Source of the DNA: a virus
Taxonomy: Duplodnaviria; Caudoviricetes
Direction: 5' to 3' (one strand)
DNA: 64,000 nt
IMG/VR virus record: IMGVR_UViG_3300031760_000005
Span: 32,001 to 96,000 of that record
Shown: piece after piece, positions 1 to 9,657 of the stretch
How positions within the stretch are numbered: position 1 is the stretch's first letter
How the letters are laid out: each line of letters opens with the position of its first letter
Notes under the pieces: generated by a model
Database searches by the model: none
Told to the model about the DNA's origin: nothing
Seen by the model: the letters and a program-made list of their open reading frames with translations, nothing else
Made by a program: the position numbers and the translations under genes

Positions 1-52
1 AAAATTATATACTATGCCAAATGATAAATGGTGTAAAAATATATTTTAATTT

Positions 53-736
53 ATGAAGAAGATAAATAATTATATATTAGAAAAACTTCAAATAGGTTCT
101 ACCACTAAATTGGGCGACAATTATAATTATCATCCTAAAACTAAAGAAGAATTAAAAGAATTATTATATAAACTAATTAAAGAACGTGGTAATGAAGCTA
201 ATTTAAATGATATTGACACATCAGAAATAACTGATATGTCTGATTTATTTGAAGAATCTAAATTTAATGGAAATATATCAGAATGGGACGTTAGTAAAGT
301 TACTGATATGAGTGGTATGTTTTATGATTCTAAATTTAATACAGATATATCGAAATGGGATGTAAGTAATGTTACAGATATGAATTGTATGTTTAATTTT
401 TCTAAATTTAATGGAGATATTTCCCAATGGAATGTTAGTAATGTAACCAATATGGAATATATGTTTTCCAATTCTATTTTTAATGGAGATATATCTAAAT
501 GGGATGTAAGTAATGTTACAGATATGGAGGGAATGTTTAATATATCTAAATTTAATCAGAATATATCTGAATGGGATGTAAGTAATGTTACTAATATGTT
601 TATAATGTTTTATGATTGTAAAACATTTAATCAAAATTTAGATAATTGGGATGTAAGTAATGTTAAAGATATGAGGCATACATTTGGTGGATGTAAATCA
701 TTAAAAAATAAACCAACATGGTATAAAACACAATAA
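53..736 (+). CDS. DUF285/BspA-like repeat protein with capsid-targeting-like N-terminus
   Basis: About 7 copies of the 22-aa [20 protein letters not shown] repeat; N-terminus MKKINNYILE; no signal peptide. Confidence 0.9.
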   Translation: MKKINNYILEKLQIGSTTKLGDNYNYHPKTKEELKELLYKLIKERGNEANLNDIDTSEITDMSDLFEESKFNGNISEWDVSKVTDMSGMFYDSKFNTDISKWDVSNVTDMNCMFNFSKFNGDISQWNVSNVTNMEYMFSNSIFNGDISKWDVSNVTDMEGMFNISKFNQNISEWDVSNVTNMFIMFYDCKTFNQNLDNWDVSNVKDMRHTFGGCKSLKNKPTWYKTQ

Positions 737-927
737 TGAAACAACTTAAACAATATTTAGAAGATTTATTTGCAACGCCAGCAAATACTATAGGGATGGG
801 AGGTATAACAGCTCCTACAGAAACAACGCCTGGTTCTGGAGATATTCCTCAACCTATGTGTATAGATATTAAAACAGGTAAAATGTATAAAAGAAGAAAA
901 AAATTTAAACGATATAAAATTGTATAA
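736..927 (+). CDS. small hypothetical protein, CTS-like N-terminus (MKQLKQYLE)
   Basis: TAATG overlap with the upstream stop; followed by a hairpin. Confidence 0.7.
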   Translation: MKQLKQYLEDLFATPANTIGMGGITAPTETTPGSGDIPQPMCIDIKTGKMYKRRKKFKRYKIV

Positions 928-930
928 TTG

Positions 931-962
931 AAATGGGAAACTCATTAATGAGTTTCCCATTT
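931..962. terminator. bidirectional intrinsic terminator
   Basis: Perfect palindrome aaatgggaaactcatt/aatgagtttcccattt between convergent genes. Confidence 0.8.
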
Positions 963-963
963 G

Positions 964-1131
964 TTAACTAAAAAATAATGTTTCACCTCCACATATCCAT
1001 ATAATTGACTGAGCTAAAAATGCGCCACATAAAAAAGCAAATACTCCTGTGATCCAATTAAAATACTCATTAGTAATTATACGATATGCCAAAATAAAAA
1101 ACGTAACTAAAAAAATAATTATATTAATCAT
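964..1131 (-). CDS. 55-aa two-TM membrane protein (not in ORF track)
   Basis: Hand translation MINIIIFLVTFFILAY...GETLFFS; ATGA overlap with the upstream gene. Confidence 0.7.
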   Translation of the reverse strand: MINIIIFLVTFFILAYRIITNEYFNWITGVFAFLCGAFLAQSIIWICGGETLFFS

Positions 1132-1589
1132 GATTTTTTATACAATTTATTTTCAATAACATGTTTAATAATTCTATATTTTGCCTGGTCATTAAGTGCG
1201 TTCAAATGATAATAGATTGCGCGAAAAATATCATTCATACTCATATTATCAATACTAGCATGACTATTTGGAAGAAAATGCTCATTTTTAACTAATTCAC
1301 GGGTTTTATATAACAACTCTTCCATTCCATCATCAGGAATAATAGCTTCCCAATAATTTGACTCCATTTCCTTAATAGAAAATAAAAGCTCATTAGCATT
1401 AGTATGAGGCAAAATAATTTTATCACCCAAACGAATAGCTAAATTTGTATAAAGTGTGCCATTAATTGCCTGCGCTTTAAGCATATTAAGAGCATCATGA
1501 AGTTTAAGATCAGACTTAACTACCTTCCAATATTTCACCTTATTAATATTCATAATCACTTCTATTTTTTTTATTAACAATTGAATCAA
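1128..1589 (-). CDS. hypothetical protein (true start probably MNINKVK)
   Basis: ORF within a tightly packed minus-strand operon. Confidence 0.7.
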   Translation of the reverse strand: MIQLLIKKIEVIMNINKVKYWKVVKSDLKLHDALNMLKAQAINGTLYTNLAIRLGDKIILPHTNANELLFSIKEMESNYWEAIIPDDGMEELLYKTRELVKNEHFLPNSHASIDNMSMNDIFRAIYYHLNALNDQAKYRIIKHVIENKLYKKS

Positions 1590-1797
1590 TATCCTTCATC
1601 AAACATTTGGGATCATGCGTAAAACCATGCCCATACAATCCACCATCTTTAAATTCTATAAATACATGGCCATCATATGTAAATCTTTTAGCAACGAGAG
1701 CATAAGAAATTCCATCTGAATTAACAGGTTCTGTGTCATTTGAATAACAACCACTCAATACCATGCACCCAACAAATAAAAACAAAATCTTTTTCAT
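1543..1797 (-). CDS. small lipoprotein
   Basis: Signal peptide with lipobox LSGC. Confidence 0.7.
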   Translation of the reverse strand: MKKILFLFVGCMVLSGCYSNDTEPVNSDGISYALVAKRFTYDGHVFIEFKDGGLYGHGFTHDPKCLMKDIDSIVNKKNRSDYEY

Positions 1798-1799
1798 AA

Positions 1800-1958
1800 T
1801 TATGAAAGACGGGTTTTAAGTTCTGTCAACCATTCCATGCATTTCTTAATTCTTTCTTTAGAATCACTATCACCATAATCGATACATTCTAAAGCATCAT
1901 GCAAATATTTTCTTGCAAAAATAATCATTTCTTCATCTTTTTGTGATAACTTACCCAT
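1800..1958 (-). CDS. 52-aa hypothetical protein (not in ORF track)
   Basis: Hand translation MGKLSQKDEEMIIFARKY...KTRLS; fills the gap below a promoter. Confidence 0.65.
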   Translation of the reverse strand: MGKLSQKDEEMIIFARKYLHDALECIDYGDSDSKERIKKCMEWLTELKTRLS

Positions 1959-1994
1959 AATAGTTTATTTTTTGTTATTTTTATTTGATATTTA

Positions 1995-2023
1995 AATATA
2001 GTAACAATTAAATAAAAATTCAA
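1995..2023 (-). promoter_or_regulatory. early-type promoter
   Basis: TTGAAT-N17-TATATT. Confidence 0.65.
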
Positions 2024-2040
2024 ATAATATTTAATTTTAT

Positions 2041-2355
2041 ATGAAAGGTTTTGTATATTTATTATGCGATGGAGAAAATTTCAAAATAGGAATGACTAAA
2101 CAAAAAGATATTCATAAAAGAATATCTGAATTACAAACGGGTAATCCTAAAGAGATTTATATTACATCTTATTATGAAACTGATTATCCATATAAAGTTG
2201 AACAATTAATGCACATAAAATATAATATTTCTAAAGTTAAAAATGAATGGTTTAATTTAACATTAGAACAAGTTGTTAATTTTAGAAAAAATTGTTTAGA
2301 ATGTGAGTATAGAATAGAATTATTAAAAGATAATCCATTTTTTGAAGCAAAATGA
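2041..2355 (+). CDS. GIY-YIG family protein (T5orf172/MUG113-like)
   Basis: VYLL...FKIGMT...RISELQTGNP...EQLMH...NEWF motifs. Confidence 0.85.
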   Translation: MKGFVYLLCDGENFKIGMTKQKDIHKRISELQTGNPKEIYITSYYETDYPYKVEQLMHIKYNISKVKNEWFNLTLEQVVNFRKNCLECEYRIELLKDNPFFEAK

Positions 2356-2365
2356 AAATTCACAA

Positions 2366-2779
2366 TTATTTATTTTCTTCAAAATTTATTTGCATTACCC
2401 TATCACTATATCCCTTATCCCCAACCTCAACATTAAGAGGAATATAATTGTAATAACCTGGAGTATCTTCAGTATACAAAACAAAATTTAACAAATCGTC
2501 ATCTCCCAAATCATTAATAATGTCATAAAGTACATCGATAGGAGTCATCATAAGATCATTATCGAAATCATCTTCTAATACATATGTACAAACGTAATGA
2601 CCTTCGTCATTTAGCTTAGTAAATATATGTTGAATCTTCACACTTACGAGATTAGGCATAGGATAATGATTACATTTCATAAAATCTTCTTTAGATCCAT
2701 GCTCCCACTTCCTAAATAAAATATTCCAAGTAGGAGGGCAACTCAAAACCATATCACGAAATTCTGATACTGTAATCAT
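2366..2779 (-). CDS. hypothetical protein
   Basis: 137-aa ORF with an upstream promoter. Confidence 0.7.
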   Translation of the reverse strand: MITVSEFRDMVLSCPPTWNILFRKWEHGSKEDFMKCNHYPMPNLVSVKIQHIFTKLNDEGHYVCTYVLEDDFDNDLMMTPIDVLYDIINDLGDDDLLNFVLYTEDTPGYYNYIPLNVEVGDKGYSDRVMQINFEENK

Positions 2780-2820
2780 ATTAAAAAAATTTGTTAAAAT
2801 TATTTTTTAATTATATATAA

Positions 2821-2849
2821 AATATAGAAAAACCTCTACAAAAATTCAA
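2821..2849 (-). promoter_or_regulatory. early-type promoter overlapping a hairpin (2833-2872)
   Basis: TTGAAT-N17-TATATT. Confidence 0.65.
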
Positions 2850-2900
2850 ATATTATTTGAAATTTGCAGAGGCTTTGCTTATTTGATGTTTAATGATAAT

Positions 2901-3386
2901 TTACATTCTTACAAGCCAGTCGGCAGCAGATGTTGCAAGAGGTGCGATAGTCTTAAATCGTACTTCATAACCCATTGACTCTACCCAACCTTTAGCTGTT
3001 TGGAACACCTCATTTGACTTAAACTGAGGATTTGGGTTAATATCGATATCGATATACTTAGGTCTAGGACAACCTGCTTCAGTAAGTTCATTAGCAAGGT
3101 TAAGAGATTCCTCTACCTCTTTAAGCAAACGAACTTGACGTACTGTCTCCTTAGCAGTTCTCCAACGTCTAAAGATACAATGTGCACCGTGGCCTGGAGT
3201 ATATAATGCAATAACTGTTGAATAAGTTGTGTGTCTACCCTTGTTTTGTGAGTCGGTTCCAATGATTATGTCAATACCACCATTCTTAGAATGCTCAGCA
3301 ACATACTGCTTAACATAATCTGAAACACTTAAAAGCTTTTCACCAGTAAACTTCTTAAAATCTACGGTACCTACTGTCTTTTCCAT
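2901..3386 (-). CDS. RNase H-like YkuK/DUF458 family protein
   Basis: IIIGTDSQ, RLLKEV, IDIDIN, AAD motifs. Confidence 0.85.
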   Translation of the reverse strand: MEKTVGTVDFKKFTGEKLLSVSDYVKQYVAEHSKNGGIDIIIGTDSQNKGRHTTYSTVIALYTPGHGAHCIFRRWRTAKETVRQVRLLKEVEESLNLANELTEAGCPRPKYIDIDINPNPQFKSNEVFQTAKGWVESMGYEVRFKTIAPLATSAADWLVRM

Positions 3387-3438
3387 AATTTTATAAATTT
3401 AATAATTAATGTGTTTTTTAATTCTTTATTAAAATAGT

Positions 3439-3474
3439 AAATCCCTAAACTTTATTAAAAATTTAGGGATTTTA
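3439..3474. terminator. intrinsic terminator hairpin
   Basis: aaatccctaaa/tttagggattt. Confidence 0.6.
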
Positions 3475-3500
3475 TATATAGTTTTAATAAAGTTTAACAA

Positions 3501-3854
3501 TTATTTCAATAAATCACATAATAATTTTGCATTATTATCATTCATCGCATATTCTTTTCCTGATTTTGTTAATTTAATAGAATTACAATTAACTTCTGTA
3601 GAATCTTCTTCATCGGTTTGAATAATAATATAATCTTCATCTCCATCATTTGCATCATAAAAATTAAATGTTGAAGAATTATAATTTAATTCTAAACATA
3701 TTGAAGGAAATTCATCTTCTTCAGTTCCTTTAACTAAATATGCAATACCAGTACTATCAGGGCCTTGTAATGTGCACCCATATTTTAAAACAAGTTTTTT
3801 AAATTGATCTAATTTAGAATTTGATTCTAAAATAAAAGTTTTAATATCTTTCAT
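3501..3854 (-). CDS. acidic putative internal head protein
   Basis: N-terminus MKDIKTFILE-S. Confidence 0.7.
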   Translation of the reverse strand: MKDIKTFILESNSKLDQFKKLVLKYGCTLQGPDSTGIAYLVKGTEEDEFPSICLELNYNSSTFNFYDANDGDEDYIIIQTDEEDSTEVNCNSIKLTKSGKEYAMNDNNAKLLCDLLK

Positions 3855-3888
3855 ATTTTTTATATTATATATTTATTTTTACTATTAA

Positions 3889-4242
3889 TTAATATTCTAT
3901 TTCATCCCCAAAATATGAAACAAACGTTGCAGTGTAAGTTTTATTATTCAAGCTAAAAGAGACTTCCCAATCATTTGATGTTTCTATAGAAGTTACTTTA
4001 ATGTTTTCATCCCAGTTATCATTTAAAAATTTTGCAATTTCTTTACAAGCTTTTTTAGGATCTGAATCATCAAAATTATCAAACCAACCATTATCAAGTA
4101 ATCCTTGACAATTTTCAGGTTCTACTTTTCCTGGTTTTCCATCAGGCATCTCGCCAAGACATGCCCATTTGGCAAAATCACCAACAGTAGCTTGATCTAC
4201 ATGTTTCTTACCTTCTAATATAAATTGTTTTAAATCTTTCAT
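3889..4242 (-). CDS. acidic putative internal head protein
   Basis: N-terminus MKDLKQFILE-G. Confidence 0.7.
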   Translation of the reverse strand: MKDLKQFILEGKKHVDQATVGDFAKWACLGEMPDGKPGKVEPENCQGLLDNGWFDNFDDSDPKKACKEIAKFLNDNWDENIKVTSIETSNDWEVSFSLNNKTYTATFVSYFGDEIEY

Positions 4243-4269
4243 AATTATTTATATGTTTATTAATAATAA

Positions 4270-5130
4270 TTACATTTTTCTAAATGAAGTTTTCAAATCA
4301 AACCCATGTGCAAGAATTTTAGTTTTATTATCAGGATTTGACTCTGGCTCTTGTTTAATACTCCATAAGAAATTTTCAATATTAATGTATGTATTTAAAT
4401 CAAACAAATCATTATACCAATATTTAAGTATATTGTAATTTAATTTTTGAAATGATATATTGGTTACATAATGTATATATTCAGATGTTCCTATCTTTGG
4501 TATGTTACGCCAATTTTCCCAATAAACTCCATTAATAAATAAATCATAATAATATTTTACAAATACCGGTGATTGGATCTTGTAAAAAACATCAGGACAA
4601 TCTACTTTCCAAACATAAGATTTCAATTCACTTTTAATTTTTTCTACTTTATCAGTCGAAAATTTAATTTTAGTATATCCACAAATACCTTTATCGGCTA
4701 TTTTATCAAATTCTTTTTGAGCCATCGGAATTAATATATTATCAATTGCTTCTTTAGATTCTGTAGTTGATCCATTTAAGATTTTATCTACCAATTCTCT
4801 ACCTAAGATAATAAATACATATTCACGAGATTTATATCCTTTACATATATAATGTATTTTCATAATTGGTTGTGAAAATACAAATGGGTATATTCCGAAA
4901 ATAAGATTGTCAAAAGAAATATCTCCATTATTTGCACATGTATTAGTATAATATTGATGCCCAAAATATCCATGATATTTGGAATAATATGTAACTGAAT
5001 TACCATTTCTTTTAAACAATTCATCGAAATACTCGTTTACAATCACTGCACTACGTACATATGTCAAATCGGCATCATGATCTTGAACCAAATAATCATA
5101 AAAATCTTTATATTTACTAATTATCTTCAT
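4270..5130 (-). CDS. hypothetical phage protein
   Basis: 286-aa ORF; ATGA overlap. Confidence 0.75.
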   Translation of the reverse strand: MKIISKYKDFYDYLVQDHDADLTYVRSAVIVNEYFDELFKRNGNSVTYYSKYHGYFGHQYYTNTCANNGDISFDNLIFGIYPFVFSQPIMKIHYICKGYKSREYVFIILGRELVDKILNGSTTESKEAIDNILIPMAQKEFDKIADKGICGYTKIKFSTDKVEKIKSELKSYVWKVDCPDVFYKIQSPVFVKYYYDLFINGVYWENWRNIPKIGTSEYIHYVTNISFQKLNYNILKYWYNDLFDLNTYINIENFLWSIKQEPESNPDNKTKILAHGFDLKTSFRKM

Positions 5131-5399
5131 TTCTCAATATAATTTTTTAAACTATAAATACTATCAAACTTCTTATCCCAATTTGTCCAAGCACCAATAA
5201 CTAATTTTGATGTTCTAGATACTTTAATATATAATACCTCTGGACGTCTTTTGTTATTACGAAACATAATATGATAACTGTAAATAAAATCTGTATCATT
5301 TCTTTTTACAGTGAATCCATATACCATATTACTAACTAAATATTTATTTAGTTCTTTAAAAGTAATTATACCAAAAGTTTTATTTAATCTAGGTCTCAT
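5127..5399 (-). CDS. hypothetical protein
   Basis: ORF directly below a promoter. Confidence 0.7.
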   Translation of the reverse strand: MRPRLNKTFGIITFKELNKYLVSNMVYGFTVKRNDTDFIYSYHIMFRNNKRRPEVLYIKVSRTSKLVIGAWTNWDKKFDSIYSLKNYIEK

Positions 5400-5418
5400 A
5401 TCATTATATTTGTAATTA

Positions 5419-5447
5419 AATATAGATAAAACTAAATATTATTTCAA
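5419..5447 (-). promoter_or_regulatory. early-type promoter
   Basis: TTGAAA-N17-TATATT. Confidence 0.6.
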
Positions 5448-5518
5448 AAATAAAAATAAAAAAATTAAGAAATATGAATTAACTATTTATTTTTAATTAA
5501 ATATTTAAATTTAATATA

Positions 5519-7552
5519 GTGGAAAGACATACATTAAATATTAATGATCATAAATATCTAATTGACTATACAAATGTAGTATATGATAATTCTTCATCAT
5601 ATACTATATCTCAATATATTATGATTCGTAATTTTGATGTAGTTAATGATATAATTATAGATAAAGATTTAATTTTTATTGATAAACGAGTATTTATAAA
5701 TTATATCAATAATTTAAAATCTGGTAAAACAAATGATATACAAGTATTTCCAATTAATAATTCTAAATTAACTGGTTATTCTAACAATATAACTTCATTT
5801 AATGGATCATTATACAATAATGATTTATTTGATATAATTGATGAAAATAATAATATTAATACTAATCAATATGTATATTTATTATATGATAATGAACATA
5901 ATGAAAAATATGTAAAGAACAATATCATAAAATTATATCATCCAACAACGCAAATAACATTAAATGGAATAATTTGTATTAAAAGCATAATAAATAATAT
6001 TAATGTTTATTTCTTATGTAATAAAATTAATGAGTATACAACATATTCAAATGATGAAATACGTTTAGAAAATAATAATTATTCTGAATATATTAAAATT
6101 GAATTTCCTAATATAGAAGATTTATTTGATATTAATAAAAACGCAAGTGTTGGAATAAATAATACTAATTTTAATACATATTATATAGAAAATCTTAATA
6201 TTGTAAATATTGTTGACGATTTTATCAATGGTCAAACTAATGAAAATGTAAACTTTATAAATAATGAAACACAATATATTCCTTTAAATTTAATTATTCA
6301 ACCTTATAAAATTGTATTAAAGAATATAGAAGGAGAAAATATGCATATTAAAGAATATGTTAATATTAAATATCGTATAGAAAATAGATTATTAACATAT
6401 CCATTTATATTCAGTATATTTCCATATAATGAAAATATTAATGATATATATCAATTAGCAGATAATTTATCAATAGCACAAATTACAATAACTTCTGAAT
6501 GTAAAATAACATTATCATCTAAATTAGGTTTTAATGAAGAAGGTAAAATATCAATTAATTCAGAATTTATATATCCTAATTTTGATAAATACAAAACATT
6601 CAAAGATGCATATTTAGATTTAAATAATATATCAATATCAGATTATGATGATTTTTATGAGAATATTGATAATCGATTAGAAGATATAAATTATTCAGAT
6701 ATATCAGAATTAGAATTAGATGTAGTAACACAAAATTTAAAAATAGCAAATAAACAAATAAATGAAGAAACAATATTAGAGGAATATAAAAGATTATTAG
6801 AAGAGCAATTAAAGGATGAATATGCTGATGAGCTTGGTTTAGATCCAACTTTTATTGGATTTAGAATTGAAATTGCTACAGATAATAATTTTAATGATTT
6901 AATATATTATAATGAAAAAACAATTAAATTAATATCTTTACCCAATAAATTTAATTTTGCTATTGATGGAATTTTTGATGATTGGAATCAAAAACCACAA
7001 TCATTAATATGTCGCTGCATGTTTATTGATAAATATTTAGGTATAAAAATAGTAAGTAATTTTGTTGTTATAACTAAAGAATGGTTTAAATATATAATAC
7101 GTCATAATATTCCTAACTTAATTAATAAAATACAATATGATAATAATATGCAAGAAATAATATTAAACGATGATACTAAATTTAATTTTATAAATAATAT
7201 TAAATGTATAATAAAAAAAGAGGAAAATAATATAGATATTAATAGTAAAAAAATATCTGATTTTCAAAAAATAGTCTTTAAACCAATTTTTTATAAAGTT
7301 CAAAACTTGCAAAATATTCAAATACGTCAAACAGTTAAACAAAATATTGGAATTAATTTAGCTGATTATATGACTAAAGTCAATGCATTTAAATTAATTA
7401 TAAACAATGAAGAAATTATAGAATCAGCTCGTAATGATATGTATGTTATATTTAATATAGATGGAAAAAAAATTACAAGTTATTCTGGAAAATACGATAT
7501 TGTTAATCAAGATGACGAATATATATCATCTGGTGGTTGGACATTAGTTTAA
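5519..7552 (+). CDS. hypothetical protein, probably structural (first gene of the baseplate operon)
   Basis: 677-aa ORF with GTG start, upstream of gp25/gp6-like genes. Confidence 0.7.
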   Translation: MERHTLNINDHKYLIDYTNVVYDNSSSYTISQYIMIRNFDVVNDIIIDKDLIFIDKRVFINYINNLKSGKTNDIQVFPINNSKLTGYSNNITSFNGSLYNNDLFDIIDENNNINTNQYVYLLYDNEHNEKYVKNNIIKLYHPTTQITLNGIICIKSIINNINVYFLCNKINEYTTYSNDEIRLENNNYSEYIKIEFPNIEDLFDINKNASVGINNTNFNTYYIENLNIVNIVDDFINGQTNENVNFINNETQYIPLNLIIQPYKIVLKNIEGENMHIKEYVNIKYRIENRLLTYPFIFSIFPYNENINDIYQLADNLSIAQITITSECKITLSSKLGFNEEGKISINSEFIYPNFDKYKTFKDAYLDLNNISISDYDDFYENIDNRLEDINYSDISELELDVVTQNLKIANKQINEETILEEYKRLLEEQLKDEYADELGLDPTFIGFRIEIATDNNFNDLIYYNEKTIKLISLPNKFNFAIDGIFDDWNQKPQSLICRCMFIDKYLGIKIVSNFVVITKEWFKYIIRHNIPNLINKIQYDNNMQEIILNDDTKFNFINNIKCIIKKEENNIDINSKKISDFQKIVFKPIFYKVQNLQNIQIRQTVKQNIGINLADYMTKVNAFKLIINNEEIIESARNDMYVIFNIDGKKITSYSGKYDIVNQDDEYISSGGWTLV

Positions 7553-7570
7553 AAATATTCATATATATTT

Positions 7571-7912
7571 ATGATAGATTTAGCATTAGATGGAAAGATT
7601 TTTATAGATAATACAGTTGATGCTGCTTTGCAAGAGTTAGATATGTTATTTAATACCGAAAAAACTGAGCTTATAAATAATGTTCAATATGGTACTAATT
7701 TCGAACAATTTTTATGGGTTTTAAATCCATCTGAAGAGCAATTAAAAAAATATATTAGTGAACAAATTACTAATACATATTTTTTAAGTAGTATGGATTA
7801 CGATATTAATGTAGAAATACTTAAAGGAGATTTCAGATTAATATATTTTGTTCAAATAAGTGTAACTGATGAATTTGGTCGTAATGGAATACGTGAATAC
7901 GAATTTAGATAA
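7571..7912 (+). CDS. baseplate wedge protein, T4 gp25-like
   Basis: LFNTEKTE...YGTNFEQFLW pattern; size; position before the gp6-like gene. Confidence 0.7.
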   Translation: MIDLALDGKIFIDNTVDAALQELDMLFNTEKTELINNVQYGTNFEQFLWVLNPSEEQLKKYISEQITNTYFLSSMDYDINVEILKGDFRLIYFVQISVTDEFGRNGIREYEFR

Positions 7913-7927
7913 ATTTATAATAATTTA

Positions 7928-9613
7928 ATGATGAAATTATTTACTGTAATGCAAACGGCTTTTGATAATTTCGATAATACAGTAAGAAATTATTTAGCCA
8001 AAACTTTTAATAATTTAGGATTACAATATACTCATTCACAGATTTTTGGTGTGATATTTGATGGTATGAAAGGTATCATGCAAAATATTATGTTTTATAT
8101 TGAAGATGCTATGAATGAGCAAAACATATATACTGCTTCTCGTAAACAATCAGTATATTCATTAGCTAAAATATCTGGATATGAACCAAGTTATGGTAAC
8201 AGCGCAACTGGTACTATTATTGGTTCTATGCATATAAATAATGGATTAAATAGTAATTCTGATAAAATATATATAAAAAACCATTGTAAAATAACTAATA
8301 AAAATAATGGGCTTATTTATTCATTAAGTTTGCCTACAGATTATTATGTAATTGATATTAGTAAGCCTTTAATTACTCATATGTTTACTGTAATTCAAGG
8401 AATTTATGTACAAAATAATTATGTGACAAAAGGAATTAAATTAGAAAGTGTACATGTATCTGTTGGAGAATTATTTGATGGTAATCATATAATTGTTAAA
8501 GTTGACGGTAAAGAATATGAAAGAGTTGGTAATTTATATGATATGGCAGAAAATGGCGAACAATATATTTTAAATATTGGATTTGATAATGGTTTTGAAA
8601 TAACTTTTGGTAATGGAATATATGGTAAACAATTAACTGAAGGTCAAACTATAGAAATTGAATATTTAAAACATAGTGGTGTTATTGGTAATGTATTACC
8701 TGGTGAAGAAGCACGCTTTAAATTTAATGATTCAGGATTTGACACACTTGGTAATGAAATTAATATTAATAATTTTATAGAATTAAAAATGGATAATTGT
8801 ATATCTGGAGGAACAAATTCAGATAGTATTGGATTTATTAGAAAAATGATTGGTGCAAATTCAAGATCTTCAGTATTAGTATCTGAGGAAAACTTTAAAT
8901 TATTCTTTAAAAGATTTTCATTTATTGGGTACGTTAATTGTTGGTCTGAATCAAATTCAATGATAATTAATGTTACATGTTTAAGAAATTTTTCAAAAGA
9001 AATTAAAGATGTAGATGAATATTTTAAATTGACATCAAATGATTTCTTATTAAATAATGATCAAAAAATAATGATACAAAATACTCTTGAAAATTCTAAA
9101 AAATCTTTTGCGGGTATTACTGTTAAATTTCAAGATCCAATTATTCGTAAATATGCTGCAATTTGTTACGTTAAAATAAAAAATAATTATGATAAAGATT
9201 TAGTAAAAACACAAATTAAACATATATTAGCTGAATATTTTTATAATTCATTAGAAGATACACAATTCATTTCAAAATCAGAAATAATTAAAAAAATACA
9301 TAATGAAATTGATTCAGTTATATCTATAGACATCGATTTTATTTCTCAATTAAATGAAGATGCATTTAAAAATGGTTATTACTATAAATATGAATTAATT
9401 TATAACAACTCGGTTTATAAATATGTAACTAAACGAGTAATTTATGAGCCAGATAATATGGCTGGTCTTGATGGTTATGGAAACATACAAGTAGATTCTA
9501 AACTTGAAATTCCTATACTTATGGGAGGATTTAATTATTATCCAGATAAAACATCATTAGATGGAATAAATAATAGTATAACTACAGAAGCTGTACAAAT
9601 ATACTTTATTTAA
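7928..9613 (+). CDS. baseplate wedge subunit, T4 gp6-like
   Basis: NEQNIYTA..QSVYSLAK..GY, ITFGNGIYGK, IEIEYL..G..GN, SGG..DSI..IR motifs. Confidence 0.85.
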   Translation: MMKLFTVMQTAFDNFDNTVRNYLAKTFNNLGLQYTHSQIFGVIFDGMKGIMQNIMFYIEDAMNEQNIYTASRKQSVYSLAKISGYEPSYGNSATGTIIGSMHINNGLNSNSDKIYIKNHCKITNKNNGLIYSLSLPTDYYVIDISKPLITHMFTVIQGIYVQNNYVTKGIKLESVHVSVGELFDGNHIIVKVDGKEYERVGNLYDMAENGEQYILNIGFDNGFEITFGNGIYGKQLTEGQTIEIEYLKHSGVIGNVLPGEEARFKFNDSGFDTLGNEININNFIELKMDNCISGGTNSDSIGFIRKMIGANSRSSVLVSEENFKLFFKRFSFIGYVNCWSESNSMIINVTCLRNFSKEIKDVDEYFKLTSNDFLLNNDQKIMIQNTLENSKKSFAGITVKFQDPIIRKYAAICYVKIKNNYDKDLVKTQIKHILAEYFYNSLEDTQFISKSEIIKKIHNEIDSVISIDIDFISQLNEDAFKNGYYYKYELIYNNSVYKYVTKRVIYEPDNMAGLDGYGNIQVDSKLEIPILMGGFNYYPDKTSLDGINNSITTEAVQIYFI

Positions 9614-9657
9614 AATTTAATTATTTTTAATTATCAAATTATATTACTTTAAAACAT

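Noticed and set aside
278-634. Minus-strand 118-aa repeat ORF and similar short antisense ORFs throughout the track
   Set aside because: They lie wholly opposite well-supported genes and lack start context.
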